Of a stretch of 64,000 nt of DNA, positions 61,707 through 64,000 are shown piece by piece (the stretch's first letter is position 1; every line of letters starts with the position of its first letter). Where the stretch lies: assembly GCA_023441625.1 (NCBI GenBank), contig JAEZOA010000044.1, positions 40,683 through 104,682 of the forward strand. Direction: 5' to 3'. The notes beneath the pieces are model-generated. The model was not told the DNA's origin, ran no database searches, and saw nothing but the letters and a program-made list of their open reading frames with translations. The translations under genes were made by a program, and so were the position numbers. The DNA is from Bacillota bacterium. GTDB taxonomy: Bacteria; Bacillota; Clostridia; Acetivibrionales; DSM-1351.

Positions 61707-62501
61707 ATGAATGTTGGAGAAATACTTAATTATATTAATGAGCTTGCACCATGGAAATTTGCAGAGGATTGGGATAATGTTGGACTGATGTTAGGAGGTC
61801 GTGCAGACGAAGTCAAAAAGGTATTGCTTTGTCTGGATGTGACCACAAAGGTTATTGATGAGGCAATAGACCAAGGAGCAAACTTGATAATATCTCATCA
61901 CCCTTTCTTATTTTCAAAGCTGAATACGGTGGATTTAGACACAATGAAGGGGAAACAAATTTCAACACTTATAAAGAATAATATTAATATTATCAGTGCT
62001 CACACAAATCTTGATGTGGCAGTGGGTGGTGTTAATGATACTTTTGCTGAAGCTATAGGCATAAGTAATTGTAGAATATTAGAGTCTTATATTCCGAAAG
62101 GTCATGATGTTGATGTAGGAATGGGAAAGGTGGGAGAACTACCTTCTGAGTTGAGATTTGAAGATTTGGTCAATATAGTGAAAAGAAATCTTAATATTGA
62201 GAACCTAAGAATTATTGGAACACAGCCAGAAACAGTAAAAAACGTAGCTACCTTCTGTGGAAGCTTTGATGTTGACTTAGATATCATTAAACAACAGAGT
62301 ATTGATGTTCTTATTACTGGTGATATGAAATACCATGATTCGTTAGATGCTAGAGAAATGGGTTTGTGCATTATTGATGTGGGACATTTCGCATCTGAGC
62401 ATTTAATTGTAAATAAACTTAAAAAACTCCTAGAGGTTAGATTTGAGAGTTTAAATATAATTTGCAGTTCTTTGGAAGAGGACCCATTTATTTTTGCTTG
62501 A
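61707..62501 (+). CDS. Nif3-like dinuclear metal protein
   Basis: WDNVGL, SHHP, HTNLD, GHFASE. Confidence 0.92.
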   Translation: MNVGEILNYINELAPWKFAEDWDNVGLMLGGRADEVKKVLLCLDVTTKVIDEAIDQGANLIISHHPFLFSKLNTVDLDTMKGKQISTLIKNNINIISAHTNLDVAVGGVNDTFAEAIGISNCRILESYIPKGHDVDVGMGKVGELPSELRFEDLVNIVKRNLNIENLRIIGTQPETVKNVATFCGSFDVDLDIIKQQSIDVLITGDMKYHDSLDAREMGLCIIDVGHFASEHLIVNKLKKLLEVRFESLNIICSSLEEDPFIFA

Positions 62502-62526
62502 CTAATGTTTTAAGAGCATCTATAAT
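62498..62526 (+). promoter_or_regulatory. SigA promoter for rnpB
   Basis: TTGACT-N17-TATAAT. Confidence 0.75.
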
Positions 62527-62580
62527 AAAGTGTCCGATACTGCGGACTAGCTTTTTGAATTAAATAATTGAATATCATAT

Positions 62581-62966
62581 GAGTAAGCCAGATGATCGCA
62601 GATGCAGCCCGAAAGGGCGTAGATGAGGAAAGTCCGGGCTCCATAGGGCAATGGTGCCGGGTAACTCCCGGTAAAGGTGACTTTAAGGAAAGTGCAACAG
62701 AGATATACCGCCTGACTAACGATTTAAGCTGAACAGAGGGTTTTATGTTTTCAGTTTAAATCGTTAGTTTGGTAAGGGTGGAAAGGCGAGGTAAGAGCTC
62801 ACCAGCGACTTGGCGACTTGTCGGCTATGTAAACCCCACCTGGAGCAACGCCGTGGAGGGACGCAATGACTGCCCGTCAGTCCCGGGGAGGTGGCTTGAG
62901 CTATACAGAAATGTATGGCCTAGATAGATGATCATCTAATACAGAACCCGGCTTATAGACTTACTC
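62581..62966 (+). ncRNA. rnpB: RNase P RNA, type A
   Basis: GAGGAAAGTCCGGGCTCC, AGTGCAACAGAGA, GGTAAGAGCTCACC, ACAGAACCCGGCTTA; P1 GAGTAAG/CTTACTC. Confidence 0.97.
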
Positions 62967-63159
62967 ATTATATACCAGAAACACCCGCTTTCAAGGCGGG
63001 TGTTTTTGTGGTTCTAGGCGGTAAGCCTATATGTAACATTATTCTAATACTAACCTGATAACAGGATTAAAATCAGTCAAATATATTTTTGTTAAATCAT
63101 AGAAAACATTTCCAATAAGTGCTATAATGCTTTACAATAATATAGAAACTATCAGTTGA

Positions 63160-63653
63160 TATTGATAGTATAATCCCTAACCAGAAATTTGTACTGGCTG
63201 GAGAATCATTTGGAGGCTTTTTAGCAAGGACAATATTTAAAAAACGAGCGTAAGATGTAGAGGGACTACTTCTTATTTGCCCTTCGTTAGAACAATCTAC
63301 AATAAATGAAAATGCTCAATTTCAGATATTCGAAAAGGATGAAGAATTTTTAAGTACTCTTGATGAAGAAGACAGGAAATAATTCCTTCCTTGAAAACAT
63401 TAAAGGAGGACAACTCGGCTTCAATGTGGATGATCTTGATAAGCCGTATATGAAGCCTACGCTTATGCTAGCGGGAAGACAGGATCAGGTGGTAGGCTAC
63501 AACGGCTTATGGCATATTATTGATAAGTATCCCAGAGCTTCGTACATACTACTAGATAATGCAGGCCACTGCTTAGAGATTGAACAAGATATTCTATTTA
63601 CAGAGTCTGTAAAAGAGTGGCTGAAAAGGATTTCGGCCGAAATAGTCATTTAA
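63160..63653 (+). pseudogene. Disrupted alpha/beta hydrolase
   Basis: IPNQKFVLAGESFGGFLAR followed by an in-frame TAA and frameshifts; C-terminal PTLMLAGRQD...AGH. Confidence 0.75.
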
Positions 63654-63665
63654 AACGGGGGATAT

Positions 63666-64000
63666 ATGACAATCAGAGAGGCAAACAAGCAGGATTTATT
63701 CTCAATAGCAAGAGTTCAAGTTGATAGTAATCGTTCTAGCTACAAAGGAATTATGCCTGAACATTATTTAGAAGGATTAACATATGAAAGTAAGGCAATT
63801 GAATGGGATAAGAGATTGTTTGATAATAAAGCAACAGAATTGATGTTTGTTGCTGAAACTGATAACAAAAATATTGTTGGGTTTGCAGCAATAAGTTTAG
63901 TTGAAACTAATAATGCTTATGAAAGAGAGCTTTATTCGATATACATTTTAAAAGAATTTCAGCGTATAGGAATAGGAAAATTGCTTTTTAAGGCAATAAT
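63666..64000 (+). CDS. GNAT acetyltransferase (runs off window end)
   Basis: MTIREA..D...IARV, ELYSIYILKEFQRIGIGKLLF. Confidence 0.85.
   Translation, partial: MTIREANKQDLFSIARVQVDSNRSSYKGIMPEHYLEGLTYESKAIEWDKRLFDNKATELMFVAETDNKNIVGFAAISLVETNNAYERELYSIYILKEFQRIGIGKLLFKAI

Overview
Low-GC Firmicute chromosome segment; gene content and synteny suggest a Clostridia member, probably Ruminiclostridium/Acetivibrio-like (inference). About 1-38.4 kb is a mixed accessory region: an SOS-regulated dinB operon, copZ preceded by a copA remnant, chemoreceptors including an [FeFe]-hydrogenase-like/MCP fusion, a 1950-aa DUF4011-helicase-nuclease (Hhe-like defence) gene, an ECF sigma with two tandem zinc anti-sigma genes, and integration scars at tRNA-Leu. 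About 38.4-64 kb is mostly core: lysine riboswitch with dapA/dapB, aspartokinase, queA-tgt-yajC, SCIFF peptide plus radical SAM maturase, secDF, dnaG-rpoD, two more tRNAs, trmK, nif3 and RNase P RNA. The most notable unexplained signal is two interlocking families of short intergenic hairpin elements. Family B (4 copies) always lies in the sense orientation upstream of a gene; the three intact copies carry an SD-like motif, an ATG inside a compensatorily varying stem, and short uORFs leading to the downstream start. Family A (7 copies, about 40 bp) always has the same end facing a terminator or other hairpin, and one copy is nested inside a family B copy. All calls are from motif recognition by eye; no database searches were run.
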